Source of the DNA: an uncultured Erysipelotrichaceae bacterium
GTDB taxonomy: Bacteria > Bacillota_I > Bacilli_A > Erysipelotrichales > Erysipelotrichaceae
Direction of reading: 5' to 3'
Length of the DNA: 64,000 bases
Assembly: GCA_964386325.1 (NCBI GenBank)
Contig: CAYLQY010000015.1
Span: 3,361 to 67,360, forward strand
In this document: piece after piece, positions 30,591 through 40,040 of the stretch
How the letters are laid out: the number at the start of each line of letters is the position of its first letter
How positions within the stretch are numbered: position 1 is the stretch's first letter
The notes under the pieces: model-generated
Told to the model about the DNA's origin: nothing
Database searches by the model: none
What the model saw: the letters and a program-made list of their open reading frames with translations, nothing else
Program-made: the position numbers and the translations under genes

Positions 30591-31634
30591 CTAATATTTA
30601 ACTTTCACTGCCGCATTTAGCTTCGCTGATTCTTCAGCAGCTAGGACAACACGCATCGCTTTGCTTGCTTCTTTACCTGAGATAGGTACTTCTGAATTGT
30701 TTGCGATTGAATCAATAAAGCAGTCAATAACACCTGTGTTCGTTCTTCCATTATTTGTTTGCTCTTTATTTGATGTCATTTGATCAAGCGCATATCTTTC
30801 TACTTCACCATTTTTCTTTTCGACAATTAATGATGCTTCAGGATCTGCATAACATTTAATAATTCCTTCAGTACCATAAATCACTGTTGAATTATCTTCA
30901 TTACCATAGAATGTCCAACTCACATGCATTGTACCAATTGCACCTTTTTTAGTTTGATAGATACAATAGGAATTATCATCTACAGAAATAGGTGTTCCAT
31001 CTGGAAATTTTTTATCTAAAGTACGAATTGCAGAAATTACTTCTACAATTTCATCATCTAATAAATAATGAATTAAATCCGTTTTATGAACTCCTAAATC
31101 TGCCATAGCACCAAAATGTGCTAACTTCTTATCAAAGAACCAAGAGTTTGCTTCTCCTGTCCACCCTTCAGGACCCGGATGACCAAACACTGTTCTAAAT
31201 GTAAGTACTTTACCAATCGCACCACTTTGTATTAGTTCGTGTGCTTTTACATGCGCTTTTGCGAATCGTTGGTTTTGTCCAATCATAAGTTGTACATTAT
31301 TTTTTTCTGCTGCTTCAATCATCGCAACGCACTCTTCAACAGTTGTTGCCATCGGTTTTTCGCACAACACATGTTTTCCTTTATTTAACGCTTTGATACT
31401 TACTTCTGCATGAGCAACATTCGCTACACAAACACTCACTGCATCAAGATCCATATCCAATAATTCATCCATCGTTCTACATGCTACCGCACCATATTCT
31501 TTCGCTAAAGTTTCAGCACGTTCAAATTGGTTATCATAGAAAGCCACGATTTTACAATTATTATTTTCAGCGTATTCTGGCGCATGTCTTACTTGGGTAA
31601 TTTTCCCACAACCAATAATTCCTACTTTTATCAT
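30591..31634 (-). CDS. Gfo/Idh/MocA family NAD(P)-dependent oxidoreductase
   Basis: 347 aa. N-terminal Rossmann motif MIKVGIIGCGKI and the EKP motif (LCEKPMA). Confidence 0.8.
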   Translation of the reverse strand: MIKVGIIGCGKITQVRHAPEYAENNNCKIVAFYDNQFERAETLAKEYGAVACRTMDELLDMDLDAVSVCVANVAHAEVSIKALNKGKHVLCEKPMATTVEECVAMIEAAEKNNVQLMIGQNQRFAKAHVKAHELIQSGAIGKVLTFRTVFGHPGPEGWTGEANSWFFDKKLAHFGAMADLGVHKTDLIHYLLDDEIVEVISAIRTLDKKFPDGTPISVDDNSYCIYQTKKGAIGTMHVSWTFYGNEDNSTVIYGTEGIIKCYADPEASLIVEKKNGEVERYALDQMTSNKEQTNNGRTNTGVIDCFIDSIANNSEVPISGKEASKAMRVVLAAEESAKLNAAVKVKY

Positions 31635-31655
31635 AAATATCCTTCTCTCTATATA

Positions 31656-32651
31656 CTATTTCTTTTTGTTTTGTAAATTTTGTAGTAATACAGCGATAAC
31701 AATAATCGCACCACTGATTGCTCCATTTAAGAATGATGATACATCTGCACTCGTTAAGATGTTACTGATAATCTTGAACATCAAGACACCAAGGAAAGTT
31801 CCCATGATTTTTCCTTTACCGCCGCTCATGGCTGTTCCACCAATAGCTACTGCTGCAATGGCTTCCATTTCATAACCAACTGCTGCATTTGCAGATGCAA
31901 CTGCTGTTAAACGAGATGCGTATAATACTGCTGCAATACCACACATAATTCCTGTTATTGTGAATACTAAGATTTTAGTTCTATCCACATTAATACCAGC
32001 TAAGCGTGCAGATGTTTCATTACTACCAACTGCATAAATATGTTTACCAAGTTTTGTTCTCTTCATAATAATATTGAAAATAATTGTCACAACAATGAAG
32101 ATAATCATCATATATGGAATTTTAATATCGCCTATTGGAAAACCACCTACTGCAATTTGTCTAAATCCATCATAAATTTCTTTCTTTACTGTGAATGGTC
32201 CACCTTGACCATAGAAGTTGATAATTGAACGACATGCTGTTTGCATTGCTAGTGTTGCAATCATTGCTGGTAGATGCCCTTTAGCAACTAATAATCCATT
32301 CACTGTACCAATGATAGCTCCTCCAATTATACAGAAGATTAGCATAATCCAAACACTACCTGTAGCATTTAATACAGTAATACCAAATCCTCCAAGTATT
32401 GCTACTTGTGATCCTACTGAAATATCAATTTGACCCGCTGAGATAACCATACTCATACCCATTGCAATTAAGCCAATCATTGCACTTTGTACAAAGATAT
32501 TTGTAATGTTATTCCATGTAAAGAAATTTGCGTTCATTGTTGCCGCAATAATAATTAATAAGAAAAATGATAACCAATAACTGTAATCTTGAACAATTTT
32601 TCTACCAATCTCTTTTGGTGTTAAACCTTGAAATGCTTTAAACATTTGCAT
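31656..32651 (-). CDS. CUT2-family sugar ABC transporter permease (RbsC-like)
   Basis: 331 aa polytopic protein. Follows a two-cassette ATPase. Sequence is RbsC/branched-type permease-like. Confidence 0.8.
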   Translation of the reverse strand: MQMFKAFQGLTPKEIGRKIVQDYSYWLSFFLLIIIAATMNANFFTWNNITNIFVQSAMIGLIAMGMSMVISAGQIDISVGSQVAILGGFGITVLNATGSVWIMLIFCIIGGAIIGTVNGLLVAKGHLPAMIATLAMQTACRSIINFYGQGGPFTVKKEIYDGFRQIAVGGFPIGDIKIPYMMIIFIVVTIIFNIIMKRTKLGKHIYAVGSNETSARLAGINVDRTKILVFTITGIMCGIAAVLYASRLTAVASANAAVGYEMEAIAAVAIGGTAMSGGKGKIMGTFLGVLMFKIISNILTSADVSSFLNGAISGAIIVIAVLLQNLQNKKK

Positions 32652-34140
32652 TTACCCCCTTTTTTGCTCCCGTAGAATATAACATAACGTCTTTTTCATT
32701 TAATTCACTACGCTTTAACTCTGCTTGAATCTCTCCTTTGTATAACACAAAACATCGATCAGCAACTTTATAGATTTCTGGAAATTCTGCACTGAATACG
32801 ATGACTGACTTACCTTTACGTGCTAGTTCAAGTATTAAATGATAAATTTCAAATTTAGCTCCTACGTCAATTCCTTGCGTCGGATTATCAAATAACATAA
32901 TACTTGCATCAGCTTCTAACCAGCGTCCTAAAATTACTTTTTGTTGGTTTCCACCTGATAAAGATGTAATTGGATTATTTGGATTTCCCACTTTAATCTT
33001 CATTGCTTCTTTTTCACGCATGAATCTTGCATCTTCTTCTTTATTACTAATCAATAATTTTCTGAGTTTTGTATTGAAATACGCCATTGACATATTGTCA
33101 TATATTGAAAGGTCATTGAAGATACCTCTTTCTTTACGCATACGTGGAACTAATGCAACTCCACGTTTCATAAAGTCTATGATTTTGGCATTCTTCTTCA
33201 TTTCTTTTTGATTAATTATAATTGTACCTGTGTATTTTTCTGCTCCAAATAGTGCATCGGCAATGGCTTCTCTACCTGATCCTTGTAGACCTGTTATTGC
33301 GATTATCTCACCTTTGCGCAAATCAAAATTAATATCATGAAACAACTCACTTGAAAAGTTTCTTACTGACAACATAATCTCTTCTTGACTACTATTTGCT
33401 TTGTTGTCAAACGAATCTTCTGCAAGGTTGTGTCCAATCATCATTTCCGTAATTTGGCTTTCTACAACATCACTGAAGTTTCCTTCTGATACATAGTTAC
33501 CATCACGCATGATAAAATATGTTTTACATATTTCGAATAGTTCTGGCATCTTATGTGATATGAAGATAAAACTAACACCTTCTTCACTCAATTGCCTCAT
33601 GATATTGAACAAATTCTCAATTTCATTTGTAGATAATGCGGTTGTTGGTTCATCCATGATTATAAGTTCGGATTTAAATAATAGTGATTTAGCAATTTCT
33701 ATTAATTGCTTTTCTGCTGCTTGTAAATCACCTACATATCCTAAAGGATCAACGTTAATTTTCATTCTATCGAATACTTCTTTACAACGGCTTATCATCT
33801 CTTTGTTTTGCGTAATTCCATTCTTAGTAATTTCTTGAGCGAGAAACATATTTTCTACAACTGTCATTTCATTACATAAGTTTAATTCTTGATGGATAAA
33901 TCGAATTCCATATTTCCCTGCAACATGCGCATTCGCAATATTTACTTCTTTGCCATCAATGTAAATTTTCCCTTTGGTAGGTTGTAGTGCACCTGCAAGT
34001 ATATTCATCAATGTTGATTTACCAGCCCCATTTTCTCCTAGTAATCCAATGATATCTTTAGAGTTAATTTTGAAGTCAACATTATTTACTGCACGTACTG
34101 GACCAAAGTCCATGACAATACCTTTCATTTCAACAAGCAT
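32638..34140 (-). CDS. CUT2-family sugar ABC transporter ATP-binding protein (two fused cassettes, RbsA/MglA-like)
   Basis: 500 aa. Walker A GENGAGKST. Second cassette has the LSGGNQQKV signature. Confidence 0.85.
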   Translation of the reverse strand: MLVEMKGIVMDFGPVRAVNNVDFKINSKDIIGLLGENGAGKSTLMNILAGALQPTKGKIYIDGKEVNIANAHVAGKYGIRFIHQELNLCNEMTVVENMFLAQEITKNGITQNKEMISRCKEVFDRMKINVDPLGYVGDLQAAEKQLIEIAKSLLFKSELIIMDEPTTALSTNEIENLFNIMRQLSEEGVSFIFISHKMPELFEICKTYFIMRDGNYVSEGNFSDVVESQITEMMIGHNLAEDSFDNKANSSQEEIMLSVRNFSSELFHDINFDLRKGEIIAITGLQGSGREAIADALFGAEKYTGTIIINQKEMKKNAKIIDFMKRGVALVPRMRKERGIFNDLSIYDNMSMAYFNTKLRKLLISNKEEDARFMREKEAMKIKVGNPNNPITSLSGGNQQKVILGRWLEADASIMLFDNPTQGIDVGAKFEIYHLILELARKGKSVIVFSAEFPEIYKVADRCFVLYKGEIQAELKRSELNEKDVMLYSTGAKKGVNANV

Positions 34141-34213
34141 ATTCTTACTCCTTTATTTAAATAAGAAAGTCGGTCAGTGACGACCGACTTCCAACATCAT
34201 CATCAAATTTTAA

Positions 34214-35308
34214 TTATTCGAAAATGCTGTAACGTTCTGTGAATATATCGCTTCCTCTATATCCTTCGAAATCAAACTTAACATCGCCACCTGCATTAGA
34301 AATTGCAAATGTAGGGATTAAGTAAACTCCGTCTGTTAATGTTGCACCTGTATAGTCAGAACCTTGTGCTGAAGCAATTCCTAAACGGATAGCTTCTCTA
34401 ACCATACCTGGAGCAAAGTAATAAGTGATAAGTTTAACACCTAATTTAGTGTTTTCAAATTTGTCTAATGTTTCTTTACGTCCACCAATTGAAGTGATAA
34501 GTTTTAAATTACTTAAGTCAGCTCCACCTGTGTAAGCTTCTAATGCATTCATGATACCATCAGAAATTTCATCATCGTGAGTAACGATTAAGTCTAAACT
34601 TTCGATTTCTTCTTTAGTTGATCCTGCTAACCATTCTTCCATTTGGTTTTGTGCAGTTTCAGAACTCCAGTTAGTTACGAATGTATCTTTCATTTGAACG
34701 AATTTAGCTGGATCAATTACATCATCCATACCTTGTGAACGTTGAACACCAACAGTTGATGCATCACCGATGAAACGTAAGTAATTAACTGCGTCATCAT
34801 CTGCATAGAAAGTTGTTAAGTAGTTACCCATTTGAGTACCGATACCAACGTTGTCTCCCATGATGTCGCCAACAAATGTATCAGCTGTAAAACCATCGAT
34901 TAAACGGTCATAGATAACAAGTTTTACACCTGCATCTGTAATAGATTGTGCAGCACTACGTAGAGCTTCACCTTCCATTGGCCATAAAACGATAACGTCT
35001 GGGTTAGCACTTGATAATAAATTTTCGATTGATGTGATTTGATCAGAAGCTTCTAAGCCATCTTTAACGATAACTTCGATGTTTTGACCACTTGCATTAA
35101 TTGCCTCTGCTTCTTTTTTAGCATGTGCTAAACTTTCTCCAGTAAAACCATGGTCTCCTGAAGGAACTACAACGCCAATAACGATTTTGTCGCCAGTGGC
35201 AGCACCACCATCAGTTGGTGCAGGAGTTTCAGTTTTTGGTGTTGTTGAACAAGCACCAAGAGCTAAAGCTAATAATGATACTAATAAAACTTTTAAACCT
35301 TTTTTCAT
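34214..35308 (-). CDS. Sugar ABC transporter substrate-binding lipoprotein (type I periplasmic binding protein)
   Basis: True start is the ATG at 35308 (GAGAGGAAAG RBS). MKKGLKVLLVSLLALALGA-C-S lipobox. The 30-codon upstream extension in the track overlaps the lacI-type gene. Confidence 0.8.
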   Translation of the reverse strand: MKKGLKVLLVSLLALALGACSTTPKTETPAPTDGGAATGDKIVIGVVVPSGDHGFTGESLAHAKKEAEAINASGQNIEVIVKDGLEASDQITSIENLLSSANPDVIVLWPMEGEALRSAAQSITDAGVKLVIYDRLIDGFTADTFVGDIMGDNVGIGTQMGNYLTTFYADDDAVNYLRFIGDASTVGVQRSQGMDDVIDPAKFVQMKDTFVTNWSSETAQNQMEEWLAGSTKEEIESLDLIVTHDDEISDGIMNALEAYTGGADLSNLKLITSIGGRKETLDKFENTKLGVKLITYYFAPGMVREAIRLGIASAQGSDYTGATLTDGVYLIPTFAISNAGGDVKFDFEGYRGSDIFTERYSIFE

Positions 35309-35360
35309 CTTTCTTTCCTCTCTTTGATTTATGATTAACGAGTAACCTCGTAAAATCCAA

Positions 35361-36377
35361 TTACACTTGAGCAGTTGAGCCACGTACCACAAGCTCATGT
35401 TTTAAGATTTCAACGGTTGGTTCTAAGTCTGGGTTCATTAGCTTTTCTTGAATTTTTTCCATCGCAACTTCACCAAGTTGATAACAAGGTTGGTTGACTG
35501 TGGATATTTGTGGAACCATCATTTCAGAATACTCTAGATTATCAAATCCTAGAATTGATACATCATTAGGTACATCCAGCCCACATTCACGAGCTCCATA
35601 AATTGCCCCTAACGCTAAGATATCTGAGATACAGAATAATGCATCTACATGGTTTTTCTTTGAGAATAAATCTTTAGCTTGGCTTCTAGCACTGGAGAAG
35701 GAATAGTCTTTAGATGCATAGACAATATTTTTTTCTGCATCTTCTATACCATGTGCACGACATGCATCGATAAAACCTTGCTTACGAAGTTTAGTAGAAA
35801 TGTAATCATTGACACTACTCATCATGCCCACTTTTTTATGCCCAATATTGATTAAGTACTCTGTTGCTTCATAAGCAGCTTTGTAATTATCAATTGAAAC
35901 ACGATCGATTTCTAATTCTGGATTGTATTCACTGCAGAATACAACTGGATATTTCTTGACATAGGGTAACAATGCATCGTTATCCACATTCGTTGCAAGA
36001 ATAATCGCAGCATCTGCACGTCGACTATCCAAAATTTTCATCAACTCCAGTTCTTCATCTTTATCACCATTAGTACTGCAAACAAATGTACTACATTCAT
36101 ATTTTCTTGCTGTCTCGCTAATGCCTTTGATAATATTTGAATAATATGGATTGGTCATATTCGGTGCTATCACTAAAATTGCACCACTAGTATTTCTTCT
36201 TAAGTTTCTTGCGGATAGATTTGGTTCATACGCTAACTCTTCTACTGCCTTAAGAACTTTTTCTCTTGTTTCTGGATTTACGAAGCAAGTATTATTAATG
36301 ACTCTTGAAACTGTTGCCACTGAAACACCTGCCAATTTCGATACATCACTAATTTTTACATTTGAACTCTTGTCCAT
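35361..36377 (-). CDS. LacI family transcriptional regulator
   Basis: HTH ISDVSKLAGVSVATVSRVINN plus a periplasmic-binding-like effector domain. The ATG at 36377 is preferred over the GTG at 36383 because GAGGTG lies 5 nt upstream. Confidence 0.85.
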   Translation of the reverse strand: MDKSSNVKISDVSKLAGVSVATVSRVINNTCFVNPETREKVLKAVEELAYEPNLSARNLRRNTSGAILVIAPNMTNPYYSNIIKGISETARKYECSTFVCSTNGDKDEELELMKILDSRRADAAIILATNVDNDALLPYVKKYPVVFCSEYNPELEIDRVSIDNYKAAYEATEYLINIGHKKVGMMSSVNDYISTKLRKQGFIDACRAHGIEDAEKNIVYASKDYSFSSARSQAKDLFSKKNHVDALFCISDILALGAIYGARECGLDVPNDVSILGFDNLEYSEMMVPQISTVNQPCYQLGEVAMEKIQEKLMNPDLEPTVEILKHELVVRGSTAQV

Positions 36378-36387
36378 TTTCACACCT

Positions 36388-36405
36388 CATGTAATCCATT
36401 ACATG
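36388..36405. promoter_or_regulatory. Perfect 18-bp palindrome, LacI-type operator candidate abutting the regulator RBS
   Basis: CATGTAAT-CC-ATTACATG. The core TGTAAT..ATTACA resembles LacI/GalR half-sites. Confidence 0.5.
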
Positions 36406-36488
36406 AACCTCTAAAAAAATATAACTTTTTTATTAAAGTTCATCAAAATCTATTTCATGTTTCTAAATTACCATATGTTTTTTATTTT

Positions 36489-36515
36489 TGCAAGCGGTTT
36501 CTGTAATCGATTTCA
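36489..36515. promoter_or_regulatory. Two abutting cre-like / LacI-family operator motifs
   Basis: TGTAATCGATTTCA (36502-36515) fits TGWAANCGNTNWCA at every position. TGCAAGCGGTTTCT (36489-36502) differs from the looser form TGNAANCGNTNNCA at one position. Both overlap the candidate -35 TTGCAA of the lacI-type gene. Confidence 0.5.
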
Positions 36516-36695
36516 TTCTTTTGTGAATTTTTAATCAAGAGTACATTTAAAAAATCCTTTTATAATCGCTTATTTTTAAATTTTAGCATTATTGAAAATA
36601 ATTTATAAATATTTAGCATTTTAGCAAGAATAAGGTATAAAATACACTAATTTTTATCGAAAATGGTAAAATAGATATACCGAAAGGAGAATTAT

Positions 36696-37388
36696 ATGAA
36701 ACTATTCAATTTCAAAAAAGAACCTCAAACAGTTATTGTATGTATTCATGGCTTTGGACAAAGACAACAAGATGAATTTATTCCCCTTGTTAACTATTTC
36801 AAAAAGTATGAAGTGATAATCCCTGAGTTATATGATATCCATGATCCCCGTGATGATGAATGGGTTGATTGGGTACACCGTGCTGAACACGTTCTCGATG
36901 AAGCTGCTAGCCAAGGCAAGCGCATCATATTGATCGGATTTTCTATGGGTGGTGTTTTAGCAAGTTATTGTGCATCTAAAGCAAATGTTGAAAAATTAGT
37001 ATTAATCGCACCTGCTTTCGAATATGTTAATCTATCCAATGCAACTGGTTTTGTAACATCATTATTTGAGAAAAAAGAAGAATCTTCTTCCTCTTATCCT
37101 GAGTTACCACCAAACTTTACAATTACATTTGCAAATCTTGTTAATCATTGTCGACCTGCGATAGAAGATATTCCAATACCTACGCTTATTATTCATGGTA
37201 GTGATGATGATGTAATCTTGCATACTTCAAGTAAAAAGTTTATCAAAAAAATTCCTACAGAGGAAAAAGCTTTGATTACTATCGAGGGTGTTAAACACCG
37301 TGTGTTAGATCATCCTATTGGTGGAAAAATCGCTTTAGAAAATATTCAGCTTTTCTTAGAAGACAAAATTATAACAAAAAAGAAGTAG
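36696..37388 (+). CDS. Alpha/beta hydrolase, carboxylesterase-like
   Basis: 230 aa. GFSMGG nucleophile elbow, late Asp and His. AAAGGAGAA RBS. Confidence 0.7.
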   Translation: MKLFNFKKEPQTVIVCIHGFGQRQQDEFIPLVNYFKKYEVIIPELYDIHDPRDDEWVDWVHRAEHVLDEAASQGKRIILIGFSMGGVLASYCASKANVEKLVLIAPAFEYVNLSNATGFVTSLFEKKEESSSSYPELPPNFTITFANLVNHCRPAIEDIPIPTLIIHGSDDDVILHTSSKKFIKKIPTEEKALITIEGVKHRVLDHPIGGKIALENIQLFLEDKIITKKK

Positions 37389-37415
37389 TCACTATCGTTG
37401 TGATTACTTCTTTTC
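37381..37415. terminator. Shared convergent terminator hairpin (esterase / HAD genes), overlapping both stop codons
   Basis: AGAAGTAgTCAC-tatcgtt-GTGAtTACTTCT followed by TTTC. Confidence 0.5.
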
Positions 37416-38084
37416 AATTTCATGAATAGCATTCAAGATATCTGTGAATTCACGAATACGAACAACATCAGTATCGCATTGTCTTTCTTGATCATTCCAA
37501 ATCCACACTGGAACACATCCCGCAAGATGTGCACCATAAACATCAGCATAGAAGGTATCTCCTACATAGACCATCTCACTTGGCTCAACACCCAATTGTC
37601 GACATGATTCATGGAAGATTCTTGGATCAGGTTTATGCACTCCTAAATCACCAGAAACAATTACAGAATCAAAATATTCATATAAGTCGCAATATTTTAA
37701 TTTACTGTGCTGTGTTTGAGAATTACCGTTTGTGATACACCCTACTTTATAGTTCTCTCTTAATTTAATTAATGTTTCTTTTACACCATCTCTTAGTATT
37801 GAAAACGAATGAAAATCTTCCAACCATTTCTTCGTTAAGATATCCACTAACGCTTCATCCAAATCATAAGTTTTAACTAATTGCGTATAAACATAATCTT
37901 TATTTATCGTACCATATTGATCCCAAGTAAGTAAGTTTTGCACTACACTTTCAAACTCGATTGTATTTTCTTTTAAATCTGGAAAAACATAGCGAACATC
38001 ACTTTTATATTTATCATAAGCACACTTTGGACGACAAGATAATGTGCCATCAAAATCAAATACAATTGCCTTAATTTTTGTCAT
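37404..38084 (-). CDS. HAD superfamily hydrolase (subfamily IA-like)
   Basis: 226 aa. Motif I FDFDGTL, late GD..YADV motif. Confidence 0.75.
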   Translation of the reverse strand: MTKIKAIVFDFDGTLSCRPKCAYDKYKSDVRYVFPDLKENTIEFESVVQNLLTWDQYGTINKDYVYTQLVKTYDLDEALVDILTKKWLEDFHSFSILRDGVKETLIKLRENYKVGCITNGNSQTQHSKLKYCDLYEYFDSVIVSGDLGVHKPDPRIFHESCRQLGVEPSEMVYVGDTFYADVYGAHLAGCVPVWIWNDQERQCDTDVVRIREFTDILNAIHEIEKK

Positions 38085-38125
38085 ATTATTACCTCGTTGT
38101 TTTATTATACGTGATTATCATTAAT

Positions 38126-39457
38126 TTAGAAATACATATATTCATTTTTAGAACGCACTAAACAAATAATAGAAATAGCTAAACCTAAAAATTCTGCCAA
38201 TGGAACGGATAGCCAAATACCATTATACCCAATGATTTGTGGCAAAAATAAAATTGATAACACAAGAAAAACAAAGGTTCTCAACATTGAAATGAAGGCT
38301 GAAATTTTACCGTTTGAAAACGCAGTGAATAAAGCTGAAGCAAAAATATTAAACCCAGTAAATGCGAAACTTATCGCAAATAACATGAATCCTTCTTTCG
38401 CAATATTGAATACTTCAGTATGTGGTCTTGCGAAGATTCCGATTAATAAATCTTCGAATTGCATTGATACAACCATCATTAATATTGACGAAATGAATAT
38501 AATTAACATACTCATTTTAAAGTATTTTTTTATTTTAACATAATTCTTTTCACCATAATTGTAACTAAATATCGGCCCAACCCCTTGTGAATAACCAATA
38601 AAAATAGAGGTTAATAAAAACTGTGCGTATAAAATAATTGTTATGGCTGCTACTCCATTTTCACCTAAATACTTAAGCATCATAACATTAAATAAAAAGG
38701 TTGTTACTGAGATTGATAAATTTGTAATCATTTCCGAAGATCCGTTTGTACAAGTTTTAATTAAGACATGTGAACGTAAAACTGGTTTTACAAAATGTAA
38801 CAATGTCTTCTTTTTAATACCAAAATAATAAATTCCATAAATCGCTGGAATTGAATAACCAATCCCTGTCGCAATTGCCGCTCCACTGATACCCATTTGC
38901 ATCAATGCTACAAAAACATAATCTAAAACAATATTCGCAACTCCACCAATCAATGTGGCAATAAGTCCTAACTGTGGCTTTCCAGCTGTTACAAAAAAGT
39001 TTTGAAATAGCATTTGAAATATCGCCATGGGTGTAAATAGTATGATGATAATAGCATAGTCACGGCAATAATCAAACAACTTATCTGTTGCTCCTAATAA
39101 CAAAATAATTTCATCAATAAATAACACACCGACAATCGCTATGATAACACCAATTATCAGTCCAAAAACACATATCAAACTAAAGTTTTCACGAGCTTCC
39201 TGATTCTTTCCTTCACCCATATTTTTCGCTATAATCGCACTGCCACCTGTTCCCAACATGATTGCCACCGCAACAACAATACTTACTGCGGGATATACAA
39301 TATTAATTGCTGATAGTGCATAATCATTAATCAAGTTTGATACGAATACACCATCTACCATCGTATATAATGCCATGAATATCATCATCATGGTCGGTGC
39401 AAATGTAAACTTTAATAATGTCCAAATTGTAAAATCTTTTCCCAAACTATTCTTCAT
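38126..39457 (-). CDS. MATE family efflux transporter
   Basis: 443 aa with about 12 TM segments, MATE-like. Overlaps the upstream MarR gene by 11 nt. Confidence 0.75.
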   Translation of the reverse strand: MKNSLGKDFTIWTLLKFTFAPTMMMIFMALYTMVDGVFVSNLINDYALSAINIVYPAVSIVVAVAIMLGTGGSAIIAKNMGEGKNQEARENFSLICVFGLIIGVIIAIVGVLFIDEIILLLGATDKLFDYCRDYAIIIILFTPMAIFQMLFQNFFVTAGKPQLGLIATLIGGVANIVLDYVFVALMQMGISGAAIATGIGYSIPAIYGIYYFGIKKKTLLHFVKPVLRSHVLIKTCTNGSSEMITNLSISVTTFLFNVMMLKYLGENGVAAITIILYAQFLLTSIFIGYSQGVGPIFSYNYGEKNYVKIKKYFKMSMLIIFISSILMMVVSMQFEDLLIGIFARPHTEVFNIAKEGFMLFAISFAFTGFNIFASALFTAFSNGKISAFISMLRTFVFLVLSILFLPQIIGYNGIWLSVPLAEFLGLAISIICLVRSKNEYMYF

Positions 39458-39887
39458 CTTCCATCACTCTTATATATTCATTTTGGATATCCTGAAGGAT
39501 ATCACTAAATATTTTTCTCTCCTCTATACTATATTTCTTCTCAATGCTTTCAATACTTCTTACTAATGCCTTCTCATATTGCTTATAGTACGGCTCACAA
39601 TCATCACTAATTTTTAAATAAAAAACTCTTTTATCTTCTTCACTTTGAATTTTCTCAACAAGTCCTTGTTTAATTAACTCATTTACCTTGAGTGTTACTG
39701 CAGCTTTTGATATTCCCAATTTATCTGCAAGTAAACTTCCTGTACATAATGGAATCAATTTTATCAAATCTAAATACAACAAAGAATTGTAACTAATTTC
39801 CCAGCCTTCTTCTTTATGATTCATAATGTATAATTCGTTTAATGTAATTTGATAATGATAGTTTTTAATCACTCTTTTTAATTCCAT
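39447..39887 (-). CDS. MarR family transcriptional regulator
   Basis: 146 aa from the ATG at 39887 (the track start at 39899 is a TTG that contains the GAGGTGG RBS). Winged HTH LADKLGISKAAVTLKVNELIKQGLV. Confidence 0.75.
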   Translation of the reverse strand: MELKRVIKNYHYQITLNELYIMNHKEEGWEISYNSLLYLDLIKLIPLCTGSLLADKLGISKAAVTLKVNELIKQGLVEKIQSEEDKRVFYLKISDDCEPYYKQYEKALVRSIESIEKKYSIEERKIFSDILQDIQNEYIRVMEDEE

Positions 39888-39897
39888 AATCCACCTC

Positions 39898-39921
39898 AAT
39901 AGTTAAGTCAACTTAACTATT
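39898..39921. promoter_or_regulatory. 24-bp palindrome, MarR operator candidate
   Basis: AATAGTTAAGT-CA-ACTTAACTATT, 11-bp perfect arms. Spans the region from the -10 to the RBS of the marR-MATE operon. Confidence 0.55.
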
Positions 39922-39947
39922 TTATATGATTTTTCTACTATTAGCAA
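39919..39947 (-). promoter_or_regulatory. marR-MATE operon promoter
   Basis: Minus strand reads TTGCTA - 17 nt - TAAAAT. Confidence 0.5.
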
Positions 39948-39995
39948 GTTATCCGTTAGAAACATATTATTTACCCTATCCCTAGCACTAAAGCA

Positions 39996-40022
39996 CAAAA
40001 AAACTCAAGATTTCTCTTGAGT
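39996..40022 (-). terminator. Intrinsic terminator after tuf
   Basis: Minus strand reads ACUCAAGA-GAAA-UCUUGAGU followed by U7. Confidence 0.8.
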
Positions 40023-40040
40023 TTATTGTTTATCAATTTC

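Noticed and set aside
35309-35398. 30-codon N-terminal extension of the sugar-binding protein overlapping the lacI-type gene.
   Set aside because: The internal ATG at 35308 has a strong RBS and yields a canonical lipoprotein signal peptide. The extension has no RBS.
36560-36650. Three copies of TTAGCATT in the lacI-esterase intergenic region.
   Set aside because: The motif is short and AT-rich, and the spacing is irregular. One copy is probably just the -35 of the esterase promoter.
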